DNA of 64,000 nt, from contig CAYSUN010000001.1 in the NCBI GenBank assembly GCA_964434235.1, forward strand, positions 18,574 through 82,573, given 5' to 3'. Position 1 is the stretch's first letter, and each line of letters begins with the position of its first letter. The notes beneath the pieces were generated by a model. The model was not told the origin of the DNA and searched no databases. It saw only the letters and a list, made by a program, of their open reading frames with translations. Positions 46,673 through 56,110 of this stretch are shown here, piece after piece. The translations under genes were made by a program, and so were the position numbers. Source of the stretch: an uncultured Gammaproteobacteria bacterium. Its GTDB lineage: Bacteria; Patescibacteriota; Patescibacteriia; UBA11705; JABHMO01.

Positions 46673-46692
46673 TAAATAAAATTATCCACTAA

Positions 46693-46718
46693 AGGGGCTG
46701 TAAAAGCCTCTTTTTTAT
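46693..46718 (+). terminator. rho-independent terminator
   Basis: Hairpin AGGGGCTGTAAAAGCCTCT followed by T6. Confidence 0.6.
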
Positions 46719-46826
46719 TAGTTGAAAATGATTAAATTTGCTATAATATTAATGATAAATATAATGTTATAAAGTGAACAAAGATAACGCTCAAAGTTTT
46801 TTTGTTTTACTAATTTAAAAAAAATT

Positions 46827-47819
46827 ATGATTAAAATTGCAATCAATGGCTTTGGCCGAGTTGGTCGAGCAGCTTTTAAAATCGCTTTAACAAAAAAGAA
46901 TCTTCAGGTTGTGGCCATTAATGATCTTGGTGAAATAAATAATTTAGCTTATCTTTTGCAATATGATTCTGCTCATGGTCAATTTGATAAAAAGGTTTCT
47001 GTAAAAGGAAATGATTTAGTGGTAAACGGGAAAAAATATCCAGTTTCTGCAATTGCTGAACCAAACAAATTACCATGGAAAAAATATAAAGTTGATGTGG
47101 CTTTGGAATGTACTGGCGTTTTTAAACAAAAGAGTGATATTGCCAAGCATCTAAAAGCTGGTGCGAAAAATGTTATTCTCTCAGCTCCAGCCAAGGATGA
47201 TGCAGTTAAAACTGTTGTCAGAAGTATTAATGATCATGATGTGAAAAAAGAAAATATTGTGGCTAATGCATCATGTACAACAAACTGTGTGTCGCCAGTT
47301 ATGGCTGTTTTGGAATCTGCTTTTGGCGTAGAAAAAGCTTTGTTAACAACTGTCCACGCAGTAACTTCAAGTCAAAGAACAGTTGATCTTGCTGATAAAG
47401 GTGATTGGCGTCGTGGTCGTTCAATTTTAGGTAATGTTATACCCACAACAACAGGAGCAGCTATTGCTACGGGCAAAGTTTTGCCAAGTTTAGTTGGTAA
47501 ATTTGATGGTATGTCAATTCGAGTTCCAGTTATTACTGGCTCGTTGATTGATGTTGTGGCTTTGCTAAAAAAAGATGTTACAGAAGAACAAGTAAATAAA
47601 GCTTTTATTAAATATTCGAAAATGCCACAATATAAAGGAATTTTAGAAATTGCTTCCAGTGAATTAGTTTCTTCTGATATTATCGGCAATCCAGCAAGTG
47701 CAATTGTTGATTTGAAATTTACCAAGGTTGTGGCTGGTAATTTGGTTAAAGTTTTGGCTTGGTATGATAATGAGTGGGGATATGCTAATCGTTTAGTTGA
47801 AATGGCAACTAAGGTGTAA
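46827..47819 (+). CDS. gap: glyceraldehyde-3-phosphate dehydrogenase
   Basis: NAD-binding INGFGRVGR; catalytic ASCTTNC. Confidence 0.9.
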   Translation: MIKIAINGFGRVGRAAFKIALTKKNLQVVAINDLGEINNLAYLLQYDSAHGQFDKKVSVKGNDLVVNGKKYPVSAIAEPNKLPWKKYKVDVALECTGVFKQKSDIAKHLKAGAKNVILSAPAKDDAVKTVVRSINDHDVKKENIVANASCTTNCVSPVMAVLESAFGVEKALLTTVHAVTSSQRTVDLADKGDWRRGRSILGNVIPTTTGAAIATGKVLPSLVGKFDGMSIRVPVITGSLIDVVALLKKDVTEEQVNKAFIKYSKMPQYKGILEIASSELVSSDIIGNPASAIVDLKFTKVVAGNLVKVLAWYDNEWGYANRLVEMATKV

Positions 47820-47918
47820 GTGGAAAATAAGGAAAAACAAGTAACAAGGGGAAACAAGAAGCAAGGGAAAAAAAGGAACAGGAAAACAAAGAACAAGAAA
47901 AAATAAATAACAAGGAAT

Positions 47919-48269
47919 ATGCAGACATATGATTTAACTGAAAGAATGTTTAGGTTTGCCAGAGATATTCGTTGTTTAGTAAATTCCTTACCAAAAAAGA
48001 CCACAAATTTTGAAGATGGACGTCAAGTTGTTCGATCTTCTGGCTCTGTTGGCGCGAATTATATAGAAGCGTCAGAACCATTGGGATTCAAAGATGAATT
48101 GCACAAGCTGAAAATTTCAAGGAAAGAAGTTAAAGAGACGATTTATTGGTTGAAGTTGATTATGTCTCAAAATAATATTGAATTACTGACGGATATTTCT
48201 AAGCTAATTGATGAAGCAACGCAAATATTAAAAATTTTATCAACTATTATTAAAAAGTTACAAGACTAA
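47919..48269 (+). CDS. four-helix-bundle protein (23S rRNA intervening-sequence protein family)
   Basis: FRFARDIRCLVNSLPKK...VRSSGSVGANYIEA...EVKETIYWLKL is characteristic of the TIGR02436-type family. Confidence 0.65.
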   Translation: MQTYDLTERMFRFARDIRCLVNSLPKKTTNFEDGRQVVRSSGSVGANYIEASEPLGFKDELHKLKISRKEVKETIYWLKLIMSQNNIELLTDISKLIDEATQILKILSTIIKKLQD

Positions 48270-48311
48270 TTTTTTTGAATCTTGGTACTTAATTATTGTT
48301 GCTTATAGATT

Positions 48312-49100
48312 ATGTTTTTCTATTTATTACTATTTATTATTGGAGCTTGTGTGGGAAGTTTTTTGAATGTTGTTATTCTTCGCTTGCCACAAAAAAAGTC
48401 AATTGTTAAAGAAAGTTCGCACTGCCCAAATTGCCAAAAGAAATTGAAAGCTTATGATTTGATTCCAGTTATTAGTTTTTTTCTTTTGGGAGCAAAGTGC
48501 CGGAATTGTCAAAAGAAAATTTCTTGGCAATATCCAATTGTTGAATTAGTTTGTGCTGGTTTATTTATTTTTTTGGGCTATCATTATCAAATTTTGACTA
48601 ATTTTGCTAATCCAATTTTTTATCGGGATTTAGTTTTTGTTTCTACTTTGTTAATAATATTTGTGACTGATTTAAAATATTATTTGATTTTTGATGCGGT
48701 GACAGTTCCTCTTATGATTTTTGCTTTTTTGATTAATTTTTTCATACTAAGTAATTCAAATAACTATTGGTCAGTTTTTATAAATTTAATTGTGTCGGCT
48801 GTTATTGGCGGTGGTTTCTTTTTACTTCAATACATTGTGTCCAAAGGTAAATGGATTGGTGGTGGAGATATCCGTTTGGGTTTTTTAATGGGATTTATGC
48901 TCGGCTGGCCAATGATTTTAGTTGCTTTAGTTATCGCCTATTTAGTAGGAGCAATTATCAGTATATTTTTAGTAATTGGTAAAAAGAAAAAAATGAAAAG
49001 TGAAGTTCCTTTTGGTGTGTTTCTCAGTTTCGCTACATTTGTAGTTTTGATTTGGGGTAACCAGATTTTGAATTGGTATTTAACGCAATTGGGGATTTAA
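48312..49100 (+). CDS. pilD: prepilin peptidase (A24 family, PilD-like)
   Basis: N-terminal tetra-Cys CPNC..CRNC zinc motif, catalytic Asp contexts (FVTDLKYYLIFD; GGGDIRLGF), 6-8 TM. Confidence 0.85.
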   Translation: MFFYLLLFIIGACVGSFLNVVILRLPQKKSIVKESSHCPNCQKKLKAYDLIPVISFFLLGAKCRNCQKKISWQYPIVELVCAGLFIFLGYHYQILTNFANPIFYRDLVFVSTLLIIFVTDLKYYLIFDAVTVPLMIFAFLINFFILSNSNNYWSVFINLIVSAVIGGGFFLLQYIVSKGKWIGGGDIRLGFLMGFMLGWPMILVALVIAYLVGAIISIFLVIGKKKKMKSEVPFGVFLSFATFVVLIWGNQILNWYLTQLGI

Positions 49101-49365
49101 AGTGTTGAGTGAAAAAAAGTTAAAAGGCTTGCCCTGAACTTAACGTCTTATAGCGTTATAGTTCGGGGTAAAAGTTAAAAGTAAGTGTTAAGCCTGCCTG
49201 CCGGCAGGCAGGTATTAAGTAATAAATTTTTCTTGTTACTCGTTACTTGAATCCTTCTTTTCCTTGTTTTCTTGTTTTTATGTTTTATTGATTTCTTGTT
49301 TTAGTGGTTAAGTGTTAAAATGATTTCTTGATTTGTTGTTTTCTTGTTTTCTTGATTAAAAATGT
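49101..49365. repeat. inverted copy of the 9.3-10.0 kb repeat unit plus the collapsed palindrome CCTGCCTGCCGGCAGGCAGG
   Basis: 49232-49315 is nearly exactly the reverse complement of 9345-9421; palindrome at 49193-49212. Confidence 0.8.
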
Positions 49366-49884
49366 ATGCGCGGATTTAGTTTAATTGAACTTATGATTTC
49401 TATAGCCATTGTTGGGTTAATAACTTCAATGGGAGTTTTAAGTTTTTCTGGACATAACGACAGAAAGAATTTTGACAATAGTATTAAGCTTTTAGAACAA
49501 AAAATTATTGAAACAAAAATATCTGCTTTAGCTGGGCAATTAGATAATAATGAATCAACTCCGATGTATGGGCTTCAGCTCGGTCAGAATAAAAAAGAAT
49601 ATTTTACATATTTTGATATAAATGGCAATTGCCAATTTGATAATGGTGAAACTATCAAAGAAACAGTAACTTTGCCAGATCAAGTTGAATTTATTTCTTC
49701 TTCGGTAAATGGTTTTTGTTTTCAGAGAGATTCAAGTGTGGACCATGTTTGTGCTTTTGGTGGTAATTGTAGTTTTGTTGGAAATTATACCTTATATTTA
49801 CAAGCACTTAAAATAAAAAAAGGCGCCAGTCTTAGCCTTAATAGTGAATCTGGTAATGTTAGTCTTGAACAGTTTGATTTATGA
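49366..49884 (+). CDS. type IV pilin-like protein (prepilin N-terminal cleavage/methylation motif)
   Basis: MRG|FSLIELMISIAIVGLITSM: Gly, conserved Glu at position +5, hydrophobic helix. Confidence 0.7.
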   Translation: MRGFSLIELMISIAIVGLITSMGVLSFSGHNDRKNFDNSIKLLEQKIIETKISALAGQLDNNESTPMYGLQLGQNKKEYFTYFDINGNCQFDNGETIKETVTLPDQVEFISSSVNGFCFQRDSSVDHVCAFGGNCSFVGNYTLYLQALKIKKGASLSLNSESGNVSLEQFDL

Positions 49885-50513
49885 TAAAAATTAAAACTAA
49901 TAATCAAGGACAAACTTTGATTGAAGCAGTCGTGGCTGTAGCTATCATTGGTATAGCTATGGTTGGTTTTTTGTCTAGATCAACTCAAAATTATTTAGCA
50001 ATTAGTGAAACTTTGGAACGAAATCAAGCTTTGAATTTGGCTAGAGAATCAATTGAAATAGTCCGTAATATGAGAGATAGTAATTGGCTGAAGGGTTGTT
50101 TTGATCCTGCTGACTCAGATAATTGTAAATACTGGAATTCTGGTTTGCATGTGGGCAATGAATATCGAGCTGTAATTGTTTTTGATGAGGACACCACTCA
50201 TTGGGTATTAGATTTTATTAATAATGATTTTGATAGTTGTATAGAAAATGAACAGTGTCGTTTGTATCAAAGGGAGTATGGTTTAATTGATGGCAATAGT
50301 TCAAATGCTGAGCCATTAGATTTTTATCGACAGGTTGAAATGCGACCAATTTGTGAAAGCCAAACAGCTTGTGGTGGTGATGGAATCTGTATGTCTGGTG
50401 AAGCTTGTCCTGATAAACAAATTGGTATTGAAGTTATTTCTCGTGTTCGCTGGCATCGGACAAATGGTTGGCGTAATGTGATATTAACTGATTATTTATA
50501 TAATTGGCGATAA
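49881..50513 (+). CDS. pilin-like protein, Cys-rich (minor pilin candidate)
   Basis: NNQG|QTLIEAVVAVAIIGIAMVGF prepilin-like N-terminus; ATGA overlap with the upstream pilin. Confidence 0.55.
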   Translation: MIKIKTNNQGQTLIEAVVAVAIIGIAMVGFLSRSTQNYLAISETLERNQALNLARESIEIVRNMRDSNWLKGCFDPADSDNCKYWNSGLHVGNEYRAVIVFDEDTTHWVLDFINNDFDSCIENEQCRLYQREYGLIDGNSSNAEPLDFYRQVEMRPICESQTACGGDGICMSGEACPDKQIGIEVISRVRWHRTNGWRNVILTDYLYNWR

Positions 50514-50517
50514 TAGT

Positions 50518-53500
50518 ATGCGTAAAAAAAATCAATCAGCTGAAAAAATTGAAGATTCTACCATTGTTGAAGAACCTCAATTTTCCATGGAACAAATAGC
50601 TGAGCAAAGCAAAGAAAAAATTATTGAGATCAGCCAAAGGAAGGCAGAAAAAATACAAAAGCAAGATGAATTGTTAGATCGAATAATTGATATTAACCAG
50701 CAATCATTGACTGAAAATGTTCCAGAGCAAGAACTGCAATTTTCTGATGTGAAAAATAAAATTGATGAGTTAACAGATCAAATTTTTGATGTAGAAACTA
50801 TGCTCAAGCGATTCAAGGATGGTTTTGATTACGCTCAGCTAAGTTTAGTCTTAGAACGCATTCAGCAAGTTTTCAATGATTTAGAAACAGTTATTTCGCA
50901 AGCTAATAATGAGGTAATTAAAACGGAAGCTCGAATTAAGTTATTGATTAGTTCCAAAGAAAAATTAATTGCCAAACAGCAAAAGTTAAAAGGTTTTTGG
51001 CAAAATTTATTTAAATCCAAAGAACAAGATAAGACTGCTCAGTCAATATTAAAAGCTGAAGAAGATTTACTTCAGTCTCGAAACAATCTTTATCTAGATA
51101 AAGAATCTTTAGCCACAATTCAACGTGAAAAAGAACGTCTTGGTGCTAAACAAGAAAAGCTCTTGATTGCGGCCCAGATTAGGAACTTTGATTCAACTGT
51201 TGTTTCTAAATTAAGTTTAATAGATGAATTGCTGGATGATGATTTGGTAATGGCCTATGAATGGGAGTCTATGCAAATTGTAGTGCCAACAAAAATAGAA
51301 AATTTGTCTAGTAAACTTGAAACTCCTTTAACTGAAGAAGAAAAAACTAAACTTTATAATTTGCTTGAGCGGAGATTTAGAATCAGCAAAGACGAGAAGC
51401 CTGTAGATAAAGAGAGCAAGTTGAAAGAACTTGATGCAGAAATCGAAGCTATGCGAGGGAGGAAAGAAGCTGATTTTCATTTTGGTTTTGATTCAGAAAG
51501 AGAAGAAATGAAAAGTTTCTTGCGAGAGATGACTGAACAATACGGTGCGGTTGTTGGGTCAGACCATAAGCGAGTTTGTAAAAATTGGTTGAACTTATTT
51601 ATTCGTCACAATATAAAGCCAGAGTTAGATGCTCTAACCCAAGAGATTATTGATAAACAGCCAACAGAAGAAGTCCAAGCAGAAGTAGCTAAAAATATTA
51701 AGGCATATATAGATAGTACTTATCACACATCAGTAAATTTGAAACATTGGGAAGATTTAGCCATAAAATGTGAGCCAGAGGCTTGGCTTGGTATGAGAAA
51801 AGTTTTGTTGGCTTCAGGAGAGTATTCAGCTGAAAGTATTAAAGATTTTGAAGATTGGTATGCTGATATTTTAATAGAAAAGAATTTGTTTAGCGGAGGT
51901 TCAGAATCTTTTGCCGGTTCAACGGCCGTCAGTAATATAGCAAAAATTGAACATTTTCAGTCATTGCCAAGAATGTACGAATTTTGCGTGAGCCATGATC
52001 CTAGCCATACAACCACAGCTACAATTCGTGCCATGAAAAATTTATTGGTCAAAAGTGATCAAACGGAATTGGCAGAGTTTTTACAAAATCTACCACAGCA
52101 AACCAGAAATATGTTTGAAGTATTAATCGACCCAAATTCAGCTTTAAATTTTTATGGTGAAAGTGAAGGACTTCGTTTTGAAGACTTTGCTTTGGTTGAG
52201 CCTGAATTAACTTTAATGAAAGAAAAACTGGTAAAAGATTTAAGGAAAAAAAATTGGAGCGATCAGGCAATTCGCGAAGCCTATAATCTAACTGGTAATA
52301 AATTTGAGGTTCTTGAAAATTTGAAAAAATTAGTATTAGGTTTGGGATTAAATTTTTCTGAGTTTGCTCAAGCCTATTTTCGTCAATTGTTTCGAGATTT
52401 TGACCCGAAAAACGCAGATGATCTAAAATTTTTGGATTTATATTGCAAGGAAACGGGTCTTGAAAAAGAGAGAATTTGTTTGGATCTCGGTTCTGTTATT
52501 ATTGAATCGCCAACCAATAAATTAATCGCTTCTTTAGCGTCGCCTGAACACGGTGACAACGTGCATTTTTGTGAGTTAATATTAACGGAAGAAGCTAAAT
52601 TCCCTGAAGAGGTAATAGCCAAGTTAAGAAAAATTTATTTAAAAGATGAAGTAAAAAAGCAAGCTAAATTAAGGCAAGATTTAGTGGTTCTCAGTGTGAT
52701 GATTTCTGCAAATGAGAAATCTGGGATTCTGAAAAATATTATAGAAGTATATGATTTTGATAATCCATTAGAAGTTTCTAATCTAGAAAAAGTTGTGGCT
52801 TATTATTTATACTTGCAGAGATTTATAGAATATAAGGAACTTTATGTTGATAAAGATTCACCAAACTTACGGTCAATAATAGACGAAAAGATAATGAGTT
52901 TAATGAGCTTGAAAGAAGTTGAAGAATATTTAAGCGAGATTATAAAATCTTTAGCTAGAAGTTCTCAAATTTCTTTTATTCAAAATGCTGATAAAACAAT
53001 TTGGAAATTAGTTTACGGAGAAGAGGCAGTAGAGAAATTTTTAGATGTTTTGCCAACTGACTCACAAGAAAAAAGAAATGCTTTTACACATAATGATTAT
53101 GATCGCACAACTGAATTTTTTAAATTTATGTGTGTTGGCAATGATAAGACAACTTTAAATCAAGAAAACCTAAATATTTTTACTCAGTACGTTCAGCGAT
53201 TTGGTCTTTCGAAAACTCGGCTTTTGTTTGACTATGCTCGAAATATAATTTTGTTCAAGGAACAAGGAATTGATCTGCCCTACCATCAAGAGCAAGACGG
53301 AATAGATTCATTTGATAAGCTGGAAGAAAAATTTAAAAAAATAAAAGAAATTTTGTTTGGGGAAGAAGAAGTTTCTGATATGGCTAATTTATCTAACTTG
53401 GAAGTTGAATTTCTCAATGTTATGACTGGTAAAAGTACTCATCGTTTTGATAGAGGTCGGCCAGATATGCAAAGGATTATTAACGATTGGAATAATGATA

Positions 53501-54702
53501 GTAAGTCTGAAGAAATAGTTCCAAAACCAGAAGAATATCAATCGTTCTCGTTGGAAGTTCAACGAGCAAACGTTACGGTCGATGTAGACGTTATTCGTAA
53601 TGAGTATGAAGAGTTAAAAATGAATATTTTAGAGGCTTGCAAAGATCCAGAAGATGTCCAAGGATTAAAAGCTAGAGCCTTGTCGATTATTAAGCAAAAA
53701 ATATTAGAGATTGAGCAAATGGTTGATGCTAATCCAGAAAATTCTTTTATCCAAAAACAATTAGTCAATTATCAAACTATCCACCAGAATTTGGGACAGG
53801 TCAATGATTTGGATCAGTTGTTAATTGCGTTACTGTCAGTAGAAAAAGGTTTTGCTCTTAAAAATAATATTGATTCGATAGTTCGAGAAATTTTAATAAA
53901 AAAAGTTTTTCGAATGAATTTTTCCGAAGATACTTTAGCTCAGTATATTGGCGTTTTAGAAAAACCAATTTCAGTAAAAGGAGTTTTGGGAATGGTTAAT
54001 ATAGTTAATAATTTTATTAAGGATCATGTTATAAATTTAAGCCGAAATAATCAAGAGGGCTATTGGAGTGAAGAGGCTTGGCAGAAAATATTAGCGACTA
54101 AAAAGAATTCTAAGTTAATTGATGTTACTAAAGTTTTTAAAACACAAATTGATGCCCTAACCAAAGAAATTAAAAGTGCCAAAGTCGAAGACGTGTTGGA
54201 GCCTTCGCTGGCAGTTCAGTTTATTCCTGATCGTGGTTTTGTAGGCGAAATGTCAGGATATTTAGCTGATGTTTGTTACACAGCTGAGTATCCATTGTTA
54301 AAAAAATGGCCGAATGTTGTTCCGTTTAAGTTAGTTTATACGGCTGATGATGGATCAAAAGAGTTCCTCGGTTCAGTCTTGGTTTTTGAAGTAACACAAA
54401 AAAATGGGGAAAAGGCATTGCTTGTTAGAGCTTTTGATGTACCGCAAGAAGAAGATTTTAATATAAGTAAATGTATTGAGAGCTTTTTAGATGCCATGCA
54501 AGATTTGGGTAAAAAGCGTGGAGCTACAAAAGTGCTGGTGCCTGGAGTTAATGGCGCAATCTCCAATTATTTAATGACAGTTGCACACATAAAACAATAC
54601 GTAACTGATAAAACCGCTGTGTCTTTAGCTGAAGAGTTTAAATTTAATGGGGAAAGTTATAATTTAACAGATAATTGTTTTGTGGCTAGAGAGATAAAAT
54701 AA
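50518..54702 (+). CDS. giant hypothetical protein (1394 aa) without signal peptide or TM, coiled-coil N-terminus, embedded in the pilin operon
   Basis: Continuous ORF; 5 nt after the upstream pilin-like gene and 2 nt before the next pseudopilin gene. Confidence 0.6.
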   Translation: MRKKNQSAEKIEDSTIVEEPQFSMEQIAEQSKEKIIEISQRKAEKIQKQDELLDRIIDINQQSLTENVPEQELQFSDVKNKIDELTDQIFDVETMLKRFKDGFDYAQLSLVLERIQQVFNDLETVISQANNEVIKTEARIKLLISSKEKLIAKQQKLKGFWQNLFKSKEQDKTAQSILKAEEDLLQSRNNLYLDKESLATIQREKERLGAKQEKLLIAAQIRNFDSTVVSKLSLIDELLDDDLVMAYEWESMQIVVPTKIENLSSKLETPLTEEEKTKLYNLLERRFRISKDEKPVDKESKLKELDAEIEAMRGRKEADFHFGFDSEREEMKSFLREMTEQYGAVVGSDHKRVCKNWLNLFIRHNIKPELDALTQEIIDKQPTEEVQAEVAKNIKAYIDSTYHTSVNLKHWEDLAIKCEPEAWLGMRKVLLASGEYSAESIKDFEDWYADILIEKNLFSGGSESFAGSTAVSNIAKIEHFQSLPRMYEFCVSHDPSHTTTATIRAMKNLLVKSDQTELAEFLQNLPQQTRNMFEVLIDPNSALNFYGESEGLRFEDFALVEPELTLMKEKLVKDLRKKNWSDQAIREAYNLTGNKFEVLENLKKLVLGLGLNFSEFAQAYFRQLFRDFDPKNADDLKFLDLYCKETGLEKERICLDLGSVIIESPTNKLIASLASPEHGDNVHFCELILTEEAKFPEEVIAKLRKIYLKDEVKKQAKLRQDLVVLSVMISANEKSGILKNIIEVYDFDNPLEVSNLEKVVAYYLYLQRFIEYKELYVDKDSPNLRSIIDEKIMSLMSLKEVEEYLSEIIKSLARSSQISFIQNADKTIWKLVYGEEAVEKFLDVLPTDSQEKRNAFTHNDYDRTTEFFKFMCVGNDKTTLNQENLNIFTQYVQRFGLSKTRLLFDYARNIILFKEQGIDLPYHQEQDGIDSFDKLEEKFKKIKEILFGEEEVSDMANLSNLEVEFLNVMTGKSTHRFDRGRPDMQRIINDWNNDSKSEEIVPKPEEYQSFSLEVQRANVTVDVDVIRNEYEELKMNILEACKDPEDVQGLKARALSIIKQKILEIEQMVDANPENSFIQKQLVNYQTIHQNLGQVNDLDQLLIALLSVEKGFALKNNIDSIVREILIKKVFRMNFSEDTLAQYIGVLEKPISVKGVLGMVNIVNNFIKDHVINLSRNNQEGYWSEEAWQKILATKKNSKLIDVTKVFKTQIDALTKEIKSAKVEDVLEPSLAVQFIPDRGFVGEMSGYLADVCYTAEYPLLKKWPNVVPFKLVYTADDGSKEFLGSVLVFEVTQKNGEKALLVRAFDVPQEEDFNISKCIESFLDAMQDLGKKRGATKVLVPGVNGAISNYLMTVAHIKQYVTDKTAVSLAEEFKFNGESYNLTDNCFVAREIK

Positions 54703-54704
54703 TT

Positions 54705-55277
54705 ATGAAAAAAGGTTTTTCTTTAATTGAAATGTTGGTAGTTATGGCAGTTTTTATGACCATTATGCTGGTGGTTAGTGATATTTTTTTATCAGTTTCT
54801 AGTTCACAAAAAAGTAGTTTAATAAAACAAAGAGTAATGGTAGATATGCAGTATACTTTGGAACAAGTCGCGCAAATGATTAGATTAGGGCAACTTGATT
54901 ATCGCTCTGGCTCTAGTTCTAGCCCTAACCTTAATCAGTATGAACATTTAAAATTAATAAGTAGTACAGGCGAAAAAATGATGATTGGTATGGATGATAG
55001 CAATTGTGATAGTCCTGCGGAAACTTGTTTAGTGTTAATTAAAAATGAGGTTGTAACTGTTCTGTCTCCTCCAAGCTTTAATGTCACAAGATTTGATTTT
55101 ATCAGAACTCCTAGTGAAAGTCCGTACCAATTTAATCAATTTACTCAAAAATACAAGAGCGATGCTCAACCTCAAGTGACAGTTTTGCTTGAAGGTGTGT
55201 CAACTATTGAAACAGAAAAATCAATTAAGCCAATACTTTTACAAACGACAATCAGTTCTCGATATTATGAAAGATAA
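54705..55277 (+). CDS. pseudopilin / minor pilin (prepilin-type N-terminal methylation domain)
   Basis: MKKG|FSLIEMLVVMAVFMTIML. Confidence 0.7.
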   Translation: MKKGFSLIEMLVVMAVFMTIMLVVSDIFLSVSSSQKSSLIKQRVMVDMQYTLEQVAQMIRLGQLDYRSGSSSSPNLNQYEHLKLISSTGEKMMIGMDDSNCDSPAETCLVLIKNEVVTVLSPPSFNVTRFDFIRTPSESPYQFNQFTQKYKSDAQPQVTVLLEGVSTIETEKSIKPILLQTTISSRYYER

Positions 55278-56067
55278 ATTATTACAATCAGAGCAAGGAA
55301 ATGTTTTGGTTTATGCGCTTTTAACGATTGCCGCGATTTTAAGTTCCTCGATAGTAATTTCTAATATTATTAATGGTTCAATCGGGCACAGTGGCTTGAT
55401 TGCCAGTTCTGAAGAAGCTTTTTACAGCGCTGAAAGTGGATTGGAAAAAACTTTGTATACAATTCGAAAAGAAGACAATTTACCTCAGAGTGGCTCTTGT
55501 GACATAGATAATATCGATTGTGAAGTTGAAGTGAGTAATGATAAAGTTAATTATTTAATGTTGGATTTAGAAAGAAATCAATCAGTTCAAATTGATCTTT
55601 TTGATCCAGAGAATAATTTGCATTCTAGTGGTGTTGATTCATTTGCGATGGAATGGGCAAATTCTCAAACTTGGCTGGAAGTTAGTATTGTGGAGTGGCC
55701 AAATGATTATGTTTTTAGTTGGCCTAATTTATTAGGTCAAGTTAACGTAGATGATTTACCGACTCAAAAATTTTTATATAGTGGTGGACAAGATTTTAAT
55801 TTAGCTATAAATAACTATTTTGTAAAAACAAAAAATTATAGAGTTCGAATTAAAGCTTTGTATGGAAATGCTGATGATTTAATAATTAAACTTTATGGGA
55901 CGGATAATGGTGGTGTGCCAATTGCTTTTCCTAATTATTTAACAATTGATGCTGTTGGTAAATATCGTGATTCAAGTCAGCGACTGTCTGTAGAAATGCC
56001 AAGATATTCTTCTTTACTTGGCTTGTTTGATTATGTGCTATTTAGTGAAAGTGTTATAACAAAATAA
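55267..56067 (+). CDS. PilX-like pilus assembly / minor pilin protein
   Basis: N-terminal QGNVLVYALLTIAAILSSSIVISNII hydrophobic segment as in PilX-type proteins; start chosen at the internal ATG (MKDKLL) overlapping the upstream stop by 11 nt, whereas the ORF track starts at 55189. Confidence 0.45.
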   Translation: MKDKLLQSEQGNVLVYALLTIAAILSSSIVISNIINGSIGHSGLIASSEEAFYSAESGLEKTLYTIRKEDNLPQSGSCDIDNIDCEVEVSNDKVNYLMLDLERNQSVQIDLFDPENNLHSSGVDSFAMEWANSQTWLEVSIVEWPNDYVFSWPNLLGQVNVDDLPTQKFLYSGGQDFNLAINNYFVKTKNYRVRIKALYGNADDLIIKLYGTDNGGVPIAFPNYLTIDAVGKYRDSSQRLSVEMPRYSSLLGLFDYVLFSESVITK

Positions 56068-56110
56068 AATTTAATATTAAAAACAAAAATTTAAGGAGTG
56101 AACAAATATT

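Noticed and set aside
47372-48004. 210-aa minus-strand ORF
   Set aside because: Antisense to the clearly identified GAPDH gene and the repeat-rich spacer; hydrophobic low-complexity translation typical of antisense artefacts
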